DNA of 64,000 nucleotides from an uncultured Acidimicrobiaceae bacterium (GCA_964400035.1 CAYNSP010000001.1:336-64335); one strand, 5' to 3'; numbered from the stretch's first letter, positions 47,135-57,854 are shown. Program-made: numbers and translations. The notes: generated by a model from the sequence alone, not told the origin.

Positions 47135-47680
47135 GTACCGGACTACGAGCTGGAGGACGTGCTCAACCTCGAGACGGCCGACCAGTTCCGTGCCCTTTTC
47201 GACGAAACCAGACTCCACATAATCGACATGCTCACCGAGCGGGCGGCCACCGTCAGCCAACTGGCCGAGGCTCTGGATCGTCCCAAGGGGACCGTCGGGC
47301 ACCATGTCGGCGTCCTCGAGGCGGCCGGGCTGATTCAGGTGGTCCGCACCCAGCGGGTTCGCGCCATCCAGGCCAAGTACTACGGGCGGACCGCCCGGAT
47401 CTTCGACTACTCGAAGGCCACCGAGCACGGGATCGACATCAACCTGGCCCTGGCACGGGCGATTGAAGAGATGGTGGCAGCGCGGGATGTCTTCCCGGAT
47501 CCCGACATGCCCGGACTCCAGGGTGTCCGCTACGCCCGTATCCCACCCGAGCGGGCCAGGGAATGGGCAGAACGTTTGAAGGAGCTGGTCATGGAGTTCA
47601 CCGGAGAGCCACGAGAGGGTGACGTTGTCTACGGTCTGGCCGTCGCCCTGTACCCGACCGACCGCCCCCACCTGAAATGA
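47120..47680 (+). CDS. ArsR-family (winged HTH) transcriptional regulator.
   Basis: FRALFDETRLHIIDMLTERAATVSQLAEALDRPKGTVGHHVGVLEAAGLI is the ArsR/SmtB HTH_20 pattern. The stop overlaps the MFS start (ATGA). Confidence 0.7.
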   Translation: MADHSVPDYELEDVLNLETADQFRALFDETRLHIIDMLTERAATVSQLAEALDRPKGTVGHHVGVLEAAGLIQVVRTQRVRAIQAKYYGRTARIFDYSKATEHGIDINLALARAIEEMVAARDVFPDPDMPGLQGVRYARIPPERAREWAERLKELVMEFTGEPREGDVVYGLAVALYPTDRPHLK

Positions 47681-48981
47681 AGTTCGGTCGAAACTACTGG
47701 AAGCTGTGGAGTGCCTCGGTGGTCTCCAATCTGGGTGACGGTGTCGCCACCGTCGCCTATCCGTGGTTGGCATCTCTGATCACCCGTGATGGCTTCAAAC
47801 TCGGGTTGGTCGTCCTCGCCGGGCGCCTCCCCTGGCTGATCTTCTCCCTACCGGCTGGTGTCATCACCGACCGTGTCGATCGTCGTCGGATCATGGTGGC
47901 GATGGACCTGGCCCGGGCAGTTGTCACCGCCGGTGTTGTGGCATTGGTGCTGGCAAACGTGGACGGACTGAATGCGGTTGCGACCTCACAGACCCCACTG
48001 CCAAACGAGAACTTCCTCCTCGCCGCCGCTGTGTTCGCCACCTTCCTCTTCGGTATGGCCGAAGTGCTCCGGGACAATGCCGGTCAGACCCTGATGCCAT
48101 CGCTTGTCGACCAGAGCGTCCTCGAGAAGGCCAACGGACGGATGTGGGCGGCAGAAATGATCATGAACCAGTTCGCCGGGCCACCCTTCGGCGGGGTTCT
48201 TCTCGGACTCGGCCTGGTGATTCCCTTCTACCTCCATACCGGTTCGTTCGTGGTCTCCGCCCTGCTTTTGTCCCTGATCGTCGGGAACTTCAATGCCCGG
48301 GCCGCCTCGACAGGGGAGGGGCAGGCTCCAACCACGTTCTGGGCGGATCTGAAGGAAGGGTTCAAATGGCTCTGGTCCCATCCCGTGCTCAGACCGCTGG
48401 CCCTGGCCCTGGGCACGCTCAATGCCACCGCCACCATGGCGACGACCACTTACGTGCTCTACGCCCAGGAGGTCCTGGGTCTCGAAGCCGCAGGTTTCGG
48501 CCTCCTCCTGACCGCCGGGGCCGTCGGTGGTGTCATCGGCTCCCTGGCGGCATCCCGGATCACCGCCCGTCTCAGCAAGGGCACGGCCCTGTTCGCATCG
48601 ATGACCATCTTCGGTCTGACCACGATCGTGATCGGATTGAGCTCTTCGGCGGTGGTCGTCTGGATCATGGGTCTGGTGTCCACACTCTTCGTTCTGGTCT
48701 GGAACGTGATCACCGTCTCCCTCCGCCAGCGGGTGATCCCTGACCGCCTTCTGGGACGGGTCAACTCGGTCTATCGCTTCTTCGGGTGGGGGATGATGTC
48801 GATCGGCGCACTTCTCGGTGGGGCGATCGTGTCGCTTTCAGATCCCGGCTTGGGAAGGGAGTGGTCGTTGCGTCTGCCCTTCCTCGTCGCCGGTGCGATC
48901 CAACTGTTGATGCTGACCTACGCACTGCCGCGTTTCAACAGCCAGAAGATCGCCGAGGCTGAAACGGCTGCCATCGGCTAA
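47677..48981 (+). CDS. MFS transporter (EntS/YbdA-like efflux family).
   Basis: 12-TM MFS. N-terminal YWKLWSASVVSNLGDGV. 434 aa. Confidence 0.85.
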   Translation: MKFGRNYWKLWSASVVSNLGDGVATVAYPWLASLITRDGFKLGLVVLAGRLPWLIFSLPAGVITDRVDRRRIMVAMDLARAVVTAGVVALVLANVDGLNAVATSQTPLPNENFLLAAAVFATFLFGMAEVLRDNAGQTLMPSLVDQSVLEKANGRMWAAEMIMNQFAGPPFGGVLLGLGLVIPFYLHTGSFVVSALLLSLIVGNFNARAASTGEGQAPTTFWADLKEGFKWLWSHPVLRPLALALGTLNATATMATTTYVLYAQEVLGLEAAGFGLLLTAGAVGGVIGSLAASRITARLSKGTALFASMTIFGLTTIVIGLSSSAVVVWIMGLVSTLFVLVWNVITVSLRQRVIPDRLLGRVNSVYRFFGWGMMSIGALLGGAIVSLSDPGLGREWSLRLPFLVAGAIQLLMLTYALPRFNSQKIAEAETAAIG

Positions 48982-48991
48982 TTTCCCGAGC

Positions 48992-49621
48992 ATGAAGCTC
49001 GAGACAACCAGTTTCACCGACGGGGGTCCCATCCCGGCCCGATACGCATTAGCCCGCCCGGCACCAGTTGGCCATGTAGAGCTGTCGGACAACATCAACC
49101 CGGCCCTTTCGTGGTCGGACGTGCCGGAAGGGACCAAATCATTCGCCCTCATCTGCCATGACCCGGATGTCCCCAGTTCCGGAGAGGACGTCAACAAGGA
49201 GGATCGTGAGGTTCCCGCCAGCCTTCCCCGGGTCGACTTCTACCACTGGGTCGTGGTCGACCTCCCCGCCCATCTACGTTCCATAGAAGAGGGCGAATTC
49301 AGCAATGGCGTCACCCCGCGCGGTAAGGACGGCGGTGGAGGGCCCAATGGCTGTCGGCAGGGTTTGAACGACTTCACCGGATGGTTCGCCGGCGATCCCG
49401 ACATGGCCGGCGACTACCACGGGTACGACGGTCCGGCGCCACCCTGGAACGACAGCATCGTTCATCGCTACGTCTTCACCCTGTATGCCCTGAAGGTCGA
49501 TTGGACTTCGGTGATGGGATCGTTCACGGGACCGGAAGTACTCGACGCGATCGAGGGCCAGATCCTGGCCCAAGCGAGCGTTTCCGGCACCTACACGCAA
49601 AATCCGCGGCTGCTCGGCTGA
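48992..49621 (+). CDS. YbhB/YbcL-family PEBP (Raf-kinase-inhibitor-like) protein.
   Basis: PEBP motifs ICHDPDVP and HRYVFTLYAL. Confidence 0.8.
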   Translation: MKLETTSFTDGGPIPARYALARPAPVGHVELSDNINPALSWSDVPEGTKSFALICHDPDVPSSGEDVNKEDREVPASLPRVDFYHWVVVDLPAHLRSIEEGEFSNGVTPRGKDGGGGPNGCRQGLNDFTGWFAGDPDMAGDYHGYDGPAPPWNDSIVHRYVFTLYALKVDWTSVMGSFTGPEVLDAIEGQILAQASVSGTYTQNPRLLG

Positions 49622-49622
49622 T

Positions 49623-51014
49623 ATGACGCCGGGTCCCCTGTACGACGACGGGACCGGAGACGTCCCCGGCGGGGTGGACCGGCCGGTCGAGCGGGTGATC
49701 GTGGTCGGCGCCGGGATGGCCGGGCTTGCCACCGCCAACGCGCTGACCCACGCCGGGGTCGATTGTGTTCTGTTGGAGGCACGGGATCGTCCCGGTGGTC
49801 GTACCCACACTGTTGACTTCGGTGGATTGCCGGTCGACGTGGGTGGTTCCTGGATTCACCACCCGGGCGGGAATCCGATGACGCGGCTCGCCGACCAGTT
49901 AGGTCTCGAACGTGTCAGCGGCGACTTCCTCGAGGCGATGGTCCTCTTCGATATCGAGGCCGGGAAACCCCTGGACCCTCCCGACCGGGAGACCCTAAGG
50001 AAGATCTATCAGGGGTTCGACCAGGGACTCCGGGAGCTGTCTGCCGAACTCGGCCCGGATGTCGACATGGTCACCGCGTGTGAGCGCTACCTGGATCGGG
50101 TGATCGAACCAGGCAGGATCCGGGACCTGGCGCGGAGTCGTCTCCACGGATGGGTGGAGGCCGACGCTTCCGGACCGGTCGCCGACGTGTCCCTCGGGTT
50201 CATGCTGTCGCCATACCAGCCAGGGTACGAGGGGGACGACATCGGGGATTTCGTTGTCGGGGGTTACCGGATGATCGTGGACGGTCTGGCCACCGGTGTC
50301 GACATCCGTTACGGCGCCGCTGTCGACGCTATCAGATACGACGCCAATGGCGTACGGGTGATCCTGAGCGACGGAACCGTCGAGGAATGCTCACACGTCG
50401 TGATCACCGTCCCGCTAGGTGTCCTCAAGTCGATGGGGATTGGTTTCGAGCCAGGGCTCCCTGCGGAGAAGGTCTCGGCCATCGAGCGTCTCGGGTTCGG
50501 CCGCTTCGAGAAGGTGGTGATCCGGTTCGAGGAGGCCTTTTGGACCGCCAACGGGATACCTCATCTTCTCCCGGTCAACACCGACGCCTCCCCGAGGGTC
50601 AGGGCAATCTTCGGTATGGACAACGCATTCGGTGACCCCGTGGTGACCGCCTTCGACTCGGGAGCTGGTGCCGTCTTCGGAGCGACCGGTGATGACGAGG
50701 TCAAGGCCATGATCGTCGACCTCCTCGAGGCGGCCAGCGGCGTCGCCGCCGCCCCGGTTGTCGACCTCATGCGGACCAATTGGGCCGGAGATCCATGGAC
50801 CCGCGGCGGTTACACCTACTGCCGGCCCGGTTCCGGCTACGACGACATTGCCACTCTCGCCGAGCCTGTGGCGGGAAGGGTGCTCTTCGCCGGAGAGGCG
50901 ACCAGCAGGGAACGGGTCGGCTATGCCGACGGCGCTCTGACCACAGGTATCAGAGAGGCAAAGCGCCTACTCGGAGTGCCCGAGGTGACTCTGGGTCGGC
51001 TCAGCTCTCGGTGA
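49623..51014 (+). CDS. Flavin-containing amine oxidase (FAD-dependent oxidoreductase).
   Basis: Dinucleotide-binding VIVVGAGMAGLATA...LEARDRPGGR. Amine oxidase family layout. 463 aa. Confidence 0.8.
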   Translation: MTPGPLYDDGTGDVPGGVDRPVERVIVVGAGMAGLATANALTHAGVDCVLLEARDRPGGRTHTVDFGGLPVDVGGSWIHHPGGNPMTRLADQLGLERVSGDFLEAMVLFDIEAGKPLDPPDRETLRKIYQGFDQGLRELSAELGPDVDMVTACERYLDRVIEPGRIRDLARSRLHGWVEADASGPVADVSLGFMLSPYQPGYEGDDIGDFVVGGYRMIVDGLATGVDIRYGAAVDAIRYDANGVRVILSDGTVEECSHVVITVPLGVLKSMGIGFEPGLPAEKVSAIERLGFGRFEKVVIRFEEAFWTANGIPHLLPVNTDASPRVRAIFGMDNAFGDPVVTAFDSGAGAVFGATGDDEVKAMIVDLLEAASGVAAAPVVDLMRTNWAGDPWTRGGYTYCRPGSGYDDIATLAEPVAGRVLFAGEATSRERVGYADGALTTGIREAKRLLGVPEVTLGRLSSR

Positions 51015-51513
51015 TCGTCACCCGGTTGATCACCGCGGGATCACGGGGGCGGTCGCTCGAGTCAGTCGGCGTGGTTGCAATCGAATCCACCGTCTCCAGA
51101 CCGGAGGTCACCTGCCCGAAGATGGTGTAGGCGTGGGGGAGCCTCACGTCGGTGTGGCAGATGAAGAACTGGCTTCCATTGGTGTGTGGGCCGGCATTTG
51201 CCATTGCCACGGTGCCCCGTCGGTACTCGCCGGGACCCTCGAGTTCATCGCGGAACTTGTACCCGGGTCCACCCATACCGGTCCCGGTCGGGTCACCGCC
51301 CTGGATCATGAAATTCTCGATGACCCGATGGAAAGTGACCCCGTCGTAGTAGCCATCGCGTGCCAGGAACACGAAGTTGTTGACCGTGTTCGGGGATCGT
51401 GCGGGATCGAATTCGATGACGATCTCACCATGGTTGGTATCGAGGGTGGCGGTGTAGGTCTTGTCGAGGTCGATGGCGAAGTCGGGTGGGGATAGGTACT
51501 GCTGTGGCATCAA
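51001..51513 (-). CDS. Cyclophilin-type peptidyl-prolyl cis-trans isomerase.
   Basis: FHRVIENFMIQGGDPTGTGMGGPGYKFRDE and SMANAGPHTNGSQFFI. Confidence 0.85.
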   Translation of the reverse strand: MMPQQYLSPPDFAIDLDKTYTATLDTNHGEIVIEFDPARSPNTVNNFVFLARDGYYDGVTFHRVIENFMIQGGDPTGTGMGGPGYKFRDELEGPGEYRRGTVAMANAGPHTNGSQFFICHTDVRLPHAYTIFGQVTSGLETVDSIATTPTDSSDRPRDPAVINRVTITES

Positions 51514-51520
51514 AGGCTCC

Positions 51521-52105
51521 TCAGGACTGGTTGAAGTAGGCGGGTTCGTTGCCCGGCTTCCACTTGATCGAACAACCCATGGACGGGTACTGCTCGGTGG
51601 AAGGTTCCGAGTCCGAAAGGACGGCCTCGATGGCCGCTCTCAGATCGCGACCGGTCACCGGCACCCCCGAGTTCGGACGCGAGTCGTCGAGACGACCCCG
51701 GTAGACCAGTTTCCGATCGGAGTCGAACAGGAACAAGTCGGGGGTGCACATGGCGGTATAGGCGGCAGCCACGGTCTGGTCCTCATCGTGAAGATACGGG
51801 AACACATAACCCTGAGCCTCCGCCTCCTTCTTCATCATTTCGGGGGAATCGTCGGGGTAGCTGTCGGCGTCGTTGGAGGAGATCGCCACGATCGCCAGGT
51901 CGGAGGTCTGGTAGTCGGTCCCGAGCCGGGCTAGCTCCTCACTGACATGCTTGACGTAGGGACAGTGATTGCTGAGGAACATGACCAGCAGGGCCTTCTT
52001 GTCGGCGAAGTCGTCGAGTGAGAACTTCTCCCCGCTGACCGCGTCAGGCAGGGTGAAGTCAGGCGCCCTGGTGCCGAGCGCCAGCATTGTTGATGTAACA
52101 GCCAT
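51521..52105 (-). CDS. Thioredoxin-fold redoxin (AhpC/TSA-like thiol-disulfide oxidoreductase).
   Basis: APDFTLPD...KALLVMFLSNHCPYVKHV resembles a redoxin active-site context with a C-P-Y-V motif. Confidence 0.7.
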   Translation of the reverse strand: MAVTSTMLALGTRAPDFTLPDAVSGEKFSLDDFADKKALLVMFLSNHCPYVKHVSEELARLGTDYQTSDLAIVAISSNDADSYPDDSPEMMKKEAEAQGYVFPYLHDEDQTVAAAYTAMCTPDLFLFDSDRKLVYRGRLDDSRPNSGVPVTGRDLRAAIEAVLSDSEPSTEQYPSMGCSIKWKPGNEPAYFNQS

Positions 52106-52147
52106 GGGTCAAGGGTACCTGCTGGCGGCAGTTGGTACTTTGGGCCG

Positions 52148-52555
52148 ATGCATCCACCTCCACCCGGACCCGCCCATCCCAGGACGTTGTTGGCTTCAGC
52201 GGCGGCGTTGATGGGGGAGGAGAGGGTTGTTGATTGGTGTTGCCGGTTGATCAGCGGCGAGGGTCGTCCCGACGATCCCGACCTGGGTTGGTTGGGAGGG
52301 ACCGAAGCGTGGCTCCCGTACTGGCGACGGGTATGGGGTGCCAGAGGACTGCTCTACGTGTGGGATGACAGTCCGGCGACCATCGAGGCAGTGGGCAGGG
52401 CGATGAGCGACGACCACTGGAGGGTCCGGGAGATGGGCTGCAAGGTGGTGCGGGCCCGGCAGGTTGAAGACCTGTTCGCAGAGACCGAAGAACTCCGACG
52501 GGACGAGCATCCTCGTGTCCGCGCCGCCGCCGAGCGAGCTATCCGTGTGCTGTGA
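52148..52555 (+). CDS. Hypothetical protein, HEAT-like repeat.
   Basis: Coding-like ORF. HEAT-like DHWRVREMGCKVV ... HPRVRAAAERAI. No firm family. Confidence 0.3.
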   Translation: MHPPPPGPAHPRTLLASAAALMGEERVVDWCCRLISGEGRPDDPDLGWLGGTEAWLPYWRRVWGARGLLYVWDDSPATIEAVGRAMSDDHWRVREMGCKVVRARQVEDLFAETEELRRDEHPRVRAAAERAIRVL

Positions 52556-52576
52556 GAGTGTGGGTAGGCTGGCTCA

Positions 52577-52954
52577 ATGGCCTCCTGGGATGACGTCTCC
52601 CGAATCGCCGGTTCGCTGCCGGAGGTCGTGACACGCGGCCGGAACCACTGGCAGGTCAAAGGCAAGTCGTTCGTTTGGGAACGGCCACTCCGTCCTAAGG
52701 ACATCGAGGAACTCGGCGACAGTGCCCCGGAGCCGCCGATCCTCGCGGCATGGGTACCCGACAAGCTGGCCAAAGATGCTCTGGTCCGGTCAGCACCGGA
52801 CATCTACTTCACCACGAGCCACTTCGATGGGTATGCAATTGTGCTGATCCGACTCGCCCGGATAGCCGTTGAAGAACTTGAGGAGACCATCGTCGAAGCC
52901 TGGCTCACCCGTGCCCCCAAACGTCTGGCTGCGGGGTATCTCGCGTCGAATTGA
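52577..52954 (+). CDS. MmcQ/YjbR-family DNA-binding protein.
   Basis: MASWDDVSRIAGSLPEV...GKSFVWERP...YFTTSHFDGYAIVLIRL is typical for MmcQ/YjbR. Confidence 0.65.
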   Translation: MASWDDVSRIAGSLPEVVTRGRNHWQVKGKSFVWERPLRPKDIEELGDSAPEPPILAAWVPDKLAKDALVRSAPDIYFTTSHFDGYAIVLIRLARIAVEELEETIVEAWLTRAPKRLAAGYLASN

Positions 52955-53023
52955 GGCCCCCGATACGGATAGGTCGGGTCCTGGTGCGGGTGGCATGCGT
53001 GGTAACCCGGTAGGCTCTGGGCT

Positions 53024-53917
53024 GTGACCGACAAACCACATGCTCCATTCGGTTATGTCGCCACGGCGATGATCACCCCGTTCACACCCAACAACGAGGT
53101 GGATCATGAGGCCGCAGGGCGGCTTGCCCGAGACCTGTCCGATACCGGCACCGACACCATCCTCGTCGCCGGAACAACCGGGGAATCCCCGACCCTCACC
53201 GATGATGAGAAGGTGGCCCTTTTCCACACCGTGGTGCAGGCGGTGGCGGAGAAGGACACAATGGTGATGGCCGGAACCGGCACCTACGACACAGCCCACT
53301 CCGTTGAGATGACCCATCGGGCGGTCGCGGCCGGGGTCGACGGGATCCTGGCGGTGAACCCCTACTACAACAAGCCGCCCCAGCGTGGCCTGGTGGCGCA
53401 TTTCAAAGCCATCGCAGAAGTGGGCTCACCGGTGATGGTCTACAACATCCCCGGTCGAACTTCGGGTCGGGTCGAGGTCGAGACACTGGCCGAACTCGCC
53501 GGGAATCCCGGCATCGTGGCGGTCAAGGATGCGGTGGGCAGCCCCGACTTCACCTCCCGGACCATCGCCGCAGCCCCGAATCTGGCGATCTACTCAGGCG
53601 ACGACAGCATGACCCTGCCGATGATGTCGATTGGAGCGGTCGGTGTGGTGTCGGTGATCGCACACCTCGCCGGACGCACCGTCCGCGACATGGTCCGCGC
53701 CGCCCACGAGGGAGACTGGACCGAGGCGAGACGTCTCCATCACCTCCTCCTACCTCTCTGCCAGGCCTGCTTCCTCGAGCCCAACCCGATGCCGGTCAAG
53801 GCCGCCATGAACGCCTTCTGGGGATCGGTCGGTTCGGTCCGACTGCCTCTGGTCGAGCCGATGCCTGACACCCTGACCGCCATCGAGAAGGCGCTCGGGG
53901 CAATTCACCCTCTGTGA
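53024..53917 (+). CDS. dapA: 4-hydroxy-tetrahydrodipicolinate synthase.
   Basis: GTTGESPTLT. Schiff-base Lys context VAVKDA. Y-x-x-P (YNIPGRT). GTG start. Followed by rnj as in other actinobacteria. Confidence 0.9.
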   Translation: MTDKPHAPFGYVATAMITPFTPNNEVDHEAAGRLARDLSDTGTDTILVAGTTGESPTLTDDEKVALFHTVVQAVAEKDTMVMAGTGTYDTAHSVEMTHRAVAAGVDGILAVNPYYNKPPQRGLVAHFKAIAEVGSPVMVYNIPGRTSGRVEVETLAELAGNPGIVAVKDAVGSPDFTSRTIAAAPNLAIYSGDDSMTLPMMSIGAVGVVSVIAHLAGRTVRDMVRAAHEGDWTEARRLHHLLLPLCQACFLEPNPMPVKAAMNAFWGSVGSVRLPLVEPMPDTLTAIEKALGAIHPL

Positions 53918-55548
53918 GCGTCTCGGTCACTTTCCTGGGTGGGCTGGGCGAGATCGGGCGCAACTGCGCCGCACTCGAAGTCGACGGCAAGATCGCCCTC
54001 ATCGATGTCGGCCTGATGTTCCCTGAGGAAGAGATGCTCGGTGTCGATCTGGTGTTCCCCGACTGGCGCTGGCTCGCCGACCGGGTGCACGACGTCGAGT
54101 TCGTGATCATCACCCACGGACACGAAGACCACATGGGTGCACTCGGCTACTTCCTCCGCAACATCAACGTGCCGGTGTACGGGACCCGCATGGGGTTGGA
54201 GTTGGCCCGGGGCCGGGTCGACGAACTCGGAGTGGTCTCCGACTTCCGGCCCGTCCCGATGAAGAAGTGGGTAGAGCACGGACCGTTCAAGTTCATGTTC
54301 ATCCCGGTCAGTCACTCCGTGCCGGATGCTGCCGCGGTGGCGTTTGACACTCCCGAGGGGGTGGTCGTCCACTCCGGCGACTTCAAGCTCGACCCGACTC
54401 CAATCGATGGAAAACCCACCGATCTGCCCGCCTTCGCCACGCTGGCACGACGGGGGGTGAGGCTCCTTCTCTCCGACTCCACCAACGCCGAGAGATCCGG
54501 GTTCGAGCCTTCAGAGAGTTCGGTGGGCAAGCCGATCTCAGAGGTGATCCGTGACGCCCCCGGACGGGTGATCGCAGCATGCTTCTCATCGCATGTGCAC
54601 CGGGTGCAACAGATCGTCGACGCCGGTCTTGCCAACGGAAGGAAGATCGCCTTCCTGGGACGGTCGATGGAGAAGAACACCGCGATCGCCGCCGAGTTGG
54701 GAGTGCTGGAAGCACCCGAAGCGAGCATCGTAGATATCAAGACGCTCGCCGGGCTGCCGGAACGCGAACAGCTTCTCATCACCACGGGCAGTCAGGGTGA
54801 ACCCTTTGCCGCCCTCTCTTTGATGTCTCACGGTCGGCACCGTCACATCGACCCCGGCGAGAACGACACCGTGCTGATCTCGGCCCGGCCCATCCCTGGC
54901 AACGAGACCGCAGTCTCGAAGGTCATCTCCAACCTGATACGTCGTGGTGCCAGGGTGGTCCACGGTCAGAACGCACACGTCCATGTCTCCGGCCACGCCC
55001 GTCGCGAGGAGCTGTTGACTTTCATCAATGTCCTCCGACCTCGGGCATTCGTGCCGATCCACGGCGAGTATCGCCACCTCCATGCCCATGCAGCCCTGGC
55101 AGCCGAGATGGGCGTGCCATGGGTAGAGATCCTCGAGGACGGTGACCGTGTCATCCTCGATGGGAAGAAGACCAGCGTGGAACGTGACGCGGTCCCGGCC
55201 GGGTATGTGTACCTGGACGGGTCGACCGTCGGTGGGACGCAGAGTGGGGTCCTCCGCGACCGGTCGCATCTAGCCGACGATGGTGTGGTCGTGGTGACCG
55301 TAGGGGTCGACAAGAACACCGGTGCCATCATCTACGGCCCCGACCTCGACTCCCACGGAGTGATGGATGATCCGTCGGCGGTCCTGGAGAAAGCGGCGAG
55401 CGCGGTGCGGGAGGCCCTGGAGGTCGAACGGTCGGGTCGGGCGGATCACGCCGAACTCCAGAAGGCGGTCCGACAGGCGGCGGGACGGGTCATCAGGGCC
55501 GAAACCGCACGCAAACCGGTGATAGTGCCGGTGGTGATGGAGCTTTAG
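53914..55548 (+). CDS. rnj: Ribonuclease J.
   Basis: MBL/beta-CASP: GGLGEIGRNC, ITHGHEDHMGAL, and an RMM-type C-terminal domain. ATGA overlap with dapA. Confidence 0.9.
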   Translation: MSVSVTFLGGLGEIGRNCAALEVDGKIALIDVGLMFPEEEMLGVDLVFPDWRWLADRVHDVEFVIITHGHEDHMGALGYFLRNINVPVYGTRMGLELARGRVDELGVVSDFRPVPMKKWVEHGPFKFMFIPVSHSVPDAAAVAFDTPEGVVVHSGDFKLDPTPIDGKPTDLPAFATLARRGVRLLLSDSTNAERSGFEPSESSVGKPISEVIRDAPGRVIAACFSSHVHRVQQIVDAGLANGRKIAFLGRSMEKNTAIAAELGVLEAPEASIVDIKTLAGLPEREQLLITTGSQGEPFAALSLMSHGRHRHIDPGENDTVLISARPIPGNETAVSKVISNLIRRGARVVHGQNAHVHVSGHARREELLTFINVLRPRAFVPIHGEYRHLHAHAALAAEMGVPWVEILEDGDRVILDGKKTSVERDAVPAGYVYLDGSTVGGTQSGVLRDRSHLADDGVVVVTVGVDKNTGAIIYGPDLDSHGVMDDPSAVLEKAASAVREALEVERSGRADHAELQKAVRQAAGRVIRAETARKPVIVPVVMEL

Positions 55549-55589
55549 TTCCACACCGTCGGAGAAATCCGCGTTATCGTTTCAGATGA

Positions 55590-57854
55590 ATGGCAACACG
55601 GACACCCACCCGGAAGGGATCCGGGCGGAGTCGGGTGTCCCCCAAACAGAAGAAGAAGAACCCTGTCGGGTTGCGTGAGAAGATCGCTGGTCTCCGCAGC
55701 CGGATAAGGGCCAGCCTGGGACGTCAGACCGACGATGTCTGGGGTCTCGTACTCATCGTCCTGGCAATCCTCATCTGCCTCGCTTTCTTCGGTATGGCCG
55801 GACCGGTGGGTAACGGGATCGAGAACTCCCTCAAGTTCCTCTTCGGGATCTGGCGCTACGCCCTTCCCGTCGCACTGGCTGCAATCGGGGTGGTGATGAT
55901 CTCGGGACGGCCTCGTGAGGGTTCCCGTCCGATCATCATCGGGGGTTTGCTCACCTTCCTGGGGACACTCGCCATGTTCCATCTCCTCACCGGTGCGGTG
56001 GCGCTGCGTCCCAACATCGAACTGGTCAAAGAGCGTGGTGGTGCTGTGGGAGCGGTGATGGCTTACCCGCTGCGTCGTGTCCTCGGGTTGTGGGGCGCCC
56101 TGGTGGTGTTCGTTTCGATCATCTGCATCGGAGTGCTGGTGACCACCCGGACCACGGTGAAGCAGTTGTTCCAGGGTTTCGCCCACATGTTCCGCACCGC
56201 CAAGAACTTCGCCCGCTCCACCCTGTTCGAAGGTGGCCCGGCTCCGGCCCCCACGCTGGTCGTTCCCGAGATCGAGCCAGCACCACCCAAGGGCAAGCAT
56301 CAGGAGCCAAAGCCGGCACGGAAGAAACCCGAGTTGAAGGCCGAGCCCACCGGGAAGCCGGCATCACCTCCCCAGGTCGTCGACCTCACCACCACGGGTG
56401 ACTACAAGTTGCCACCACTCAGTCTCCTTGAAGGGGGCACGGGCGGGGAGGTCAACCGGAAGTCCCTCGAAGAAACTGCCCGTCAGTTGGAGGACGCCCT
56501 CACCCAACATGGTGTCGATGTCACCCTGACCAGGATCACGCCCGGGCCGACCGTTACCCGATATGAGATCGCCCTGGCACCGGGTGTCAAGGTGAACAAG
56601 GTCTCCAACCTGGCCCACGACATCGCCTACGCCCTGGCCACCCCCGACGTCCGGCTCATCGTTCCCATCCCGGGCAAGCAGGCCATCGGTGTCGAGGTCC
56701 CGAATGCCAAGCGTCGTCTGGTGTCGTTAGGGGACATCCTCGGAAGTGCTGAAGCAGCGGTGCCGATGCATCCCCTCACCGTCGGGCTGGGCATGGACAT
56801 CTCCGGCGCACCCAAGCTTCTCAACCTGGCCGAACTGCCCCATGTCCTGATCGCCGGGGCGACCGGTGCCGGCAAATCCTCCTGCATCAACTCGATTGTT
56901 ACCTCCATCCTGATGCGGACCAGTCCCGATGACGTCCGTCTCATACTGGTCGACCCGAAGCGGGTCGAACTCGGGCAGTACGACGGTGTCCCGCATCTCC
57001 TCACCAGGGTCATCACCAATCCCAAGAAGGCCAATGAGGCCCTGAAGTGGGCGGTCGGGGAGATGGACCGACGCTACGACCTGCTCAACGAGGCCAAGGT
57101 GCGTGACATCGAGGGGTACCGCGCCAAGCTCGCCAGTGGCGACCTCGATCCTGAAGGGTTCGACCGATTCCCGTACATCGTGATCGTGGTCGACGAACTC
57201 AACGACCTGATGATGGTCGCCGGTCGGGAGGTCGAAGAGTCGATCGTCCGGATCGCCCAGATGGCCCGCGCCGTCGGCATCCACCTGGTCGTGGCCACCC
57301 AACGTCCGTCGGTCGATGTGATCACCGGTGTCATCAAGGCCAACATCCCCAGCCGTCTCGCCTTCAGCGTCGCTTCCCAGACCGATAGTCGGGTCATCAT
57401 CGACGGCGCCGGCGCCGAGAAGTTGATCGGCATGGGTGACATGCTGGTCGTGACCGCCAAGGAGCCCCGACCGCAACGGATCCAGGGTGCCTGGGTACGT
57501 GAGTCCGAGATCCATGCTGTTGTCGATTGGGTCAAGAAGCAACGGGACGCAGTCGACGAAGCGGTCGTCCTCGAGGCTCCCGCCTCCTCCGGATCGGGGA
57601 GTGGCGACGAGGACGATGATGTCGACAGCGACCTGATCAGGGAGGCCATGGAGCTGGTGGTGAGATCACAGCTCGGTTCCACCTCGATGCTGCAACGCAA
57701 GCTCCGGATCGGGTTTGCCCGCGCCGGTCGGGTGATGGACACCCTGGAACGCAAGGGTGTCGTCGGACCTTCTGTGGGCAGCAAGGCCCGCGAGGTCCTG
57801 ATGACCGTCGATGAACTCGAGGAGGCCCTGCAGGCCGAGTCGAGCACCGTATAG
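55590..57854 (+). CDS. ftsK: DNA translocase FtsK/SpoIIIE.
   Basis: N-terminal TM helices, Pro-rich linker, motor domain Walker A LIAGATGAGKSS, Walker B IVIVVDE, and gamma domain (winged helix, MLQRKLRIGFARAG). Confidence 0.9.
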   Translation: MATRTPTRKGSGRSRVSPKQKKKNPVGLREKIAGLRSRIRASLGRQTDDVWGLVLIVLAILICLAFFGMAGPVGNGIENSLKFLFGIWRYALPVALAAIGVVMISGRPREGSRPIIIGGLLTFLGTLAMFHLLTGAVALRPNIELVKERGGAVGAVMAYPLRRVLGLWGALVVFVSIICIGVLVTTRTTVKQLFQGFAHMFRTAKNFARSTLFEGGPAPAPTLVVPEIEPAPPKGKHQEPKPARKKPELKAEPTGKPASPPQVVDLTTTGDYKLPPLSLLEGGTGGEVNRKSLEETARQLEDALTQHGVDVTLTRITPGPTVTRYEIALAPGVKVNKVSNLAHDIAYALATPDVRLIVPIPGKQAIGVEVPNAKRRLVSLGDILGSAEAAVPMHPLTVGLGMDISGAPKLLNLAELPHVLIAGATGAGKSSCINSIVTSILMRTSPDDVRLILVDPKRVELGQYDGVPHLLTRVITNPKKANEALKWAVGEMDRRYDLLNEAKVRDIEGYRAKLASGDLDPEGFDRFPYIVIVVDELNDLMMVAGREVEESIVRIAQMARAVGIHLVVATQRPSVDVITGVIKANIPSRLAFSVASQTDSRVIIDGAGAEKLIGMGDMLVVTAKEPRPQRIQGAWVRESEIHAVVDWVKKQRDAVDEAVVLEAPASSGSGSGDEDDDVDSDLIREAMELVVRSQLGSTSMLQRKLRIGFARAGRVMDTLERKGVVGPSVGSKAREVLMTVDELEEALQAESSTV

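Noticed and set aside
52955-53023. Possible riboswitch (lysine/SAM) upstream of dapA.
   Set aside because: The 69-nt gap is too short for any known riboswitch aptamer plus expression platform. No conserved riboswitch core motifs were seen.
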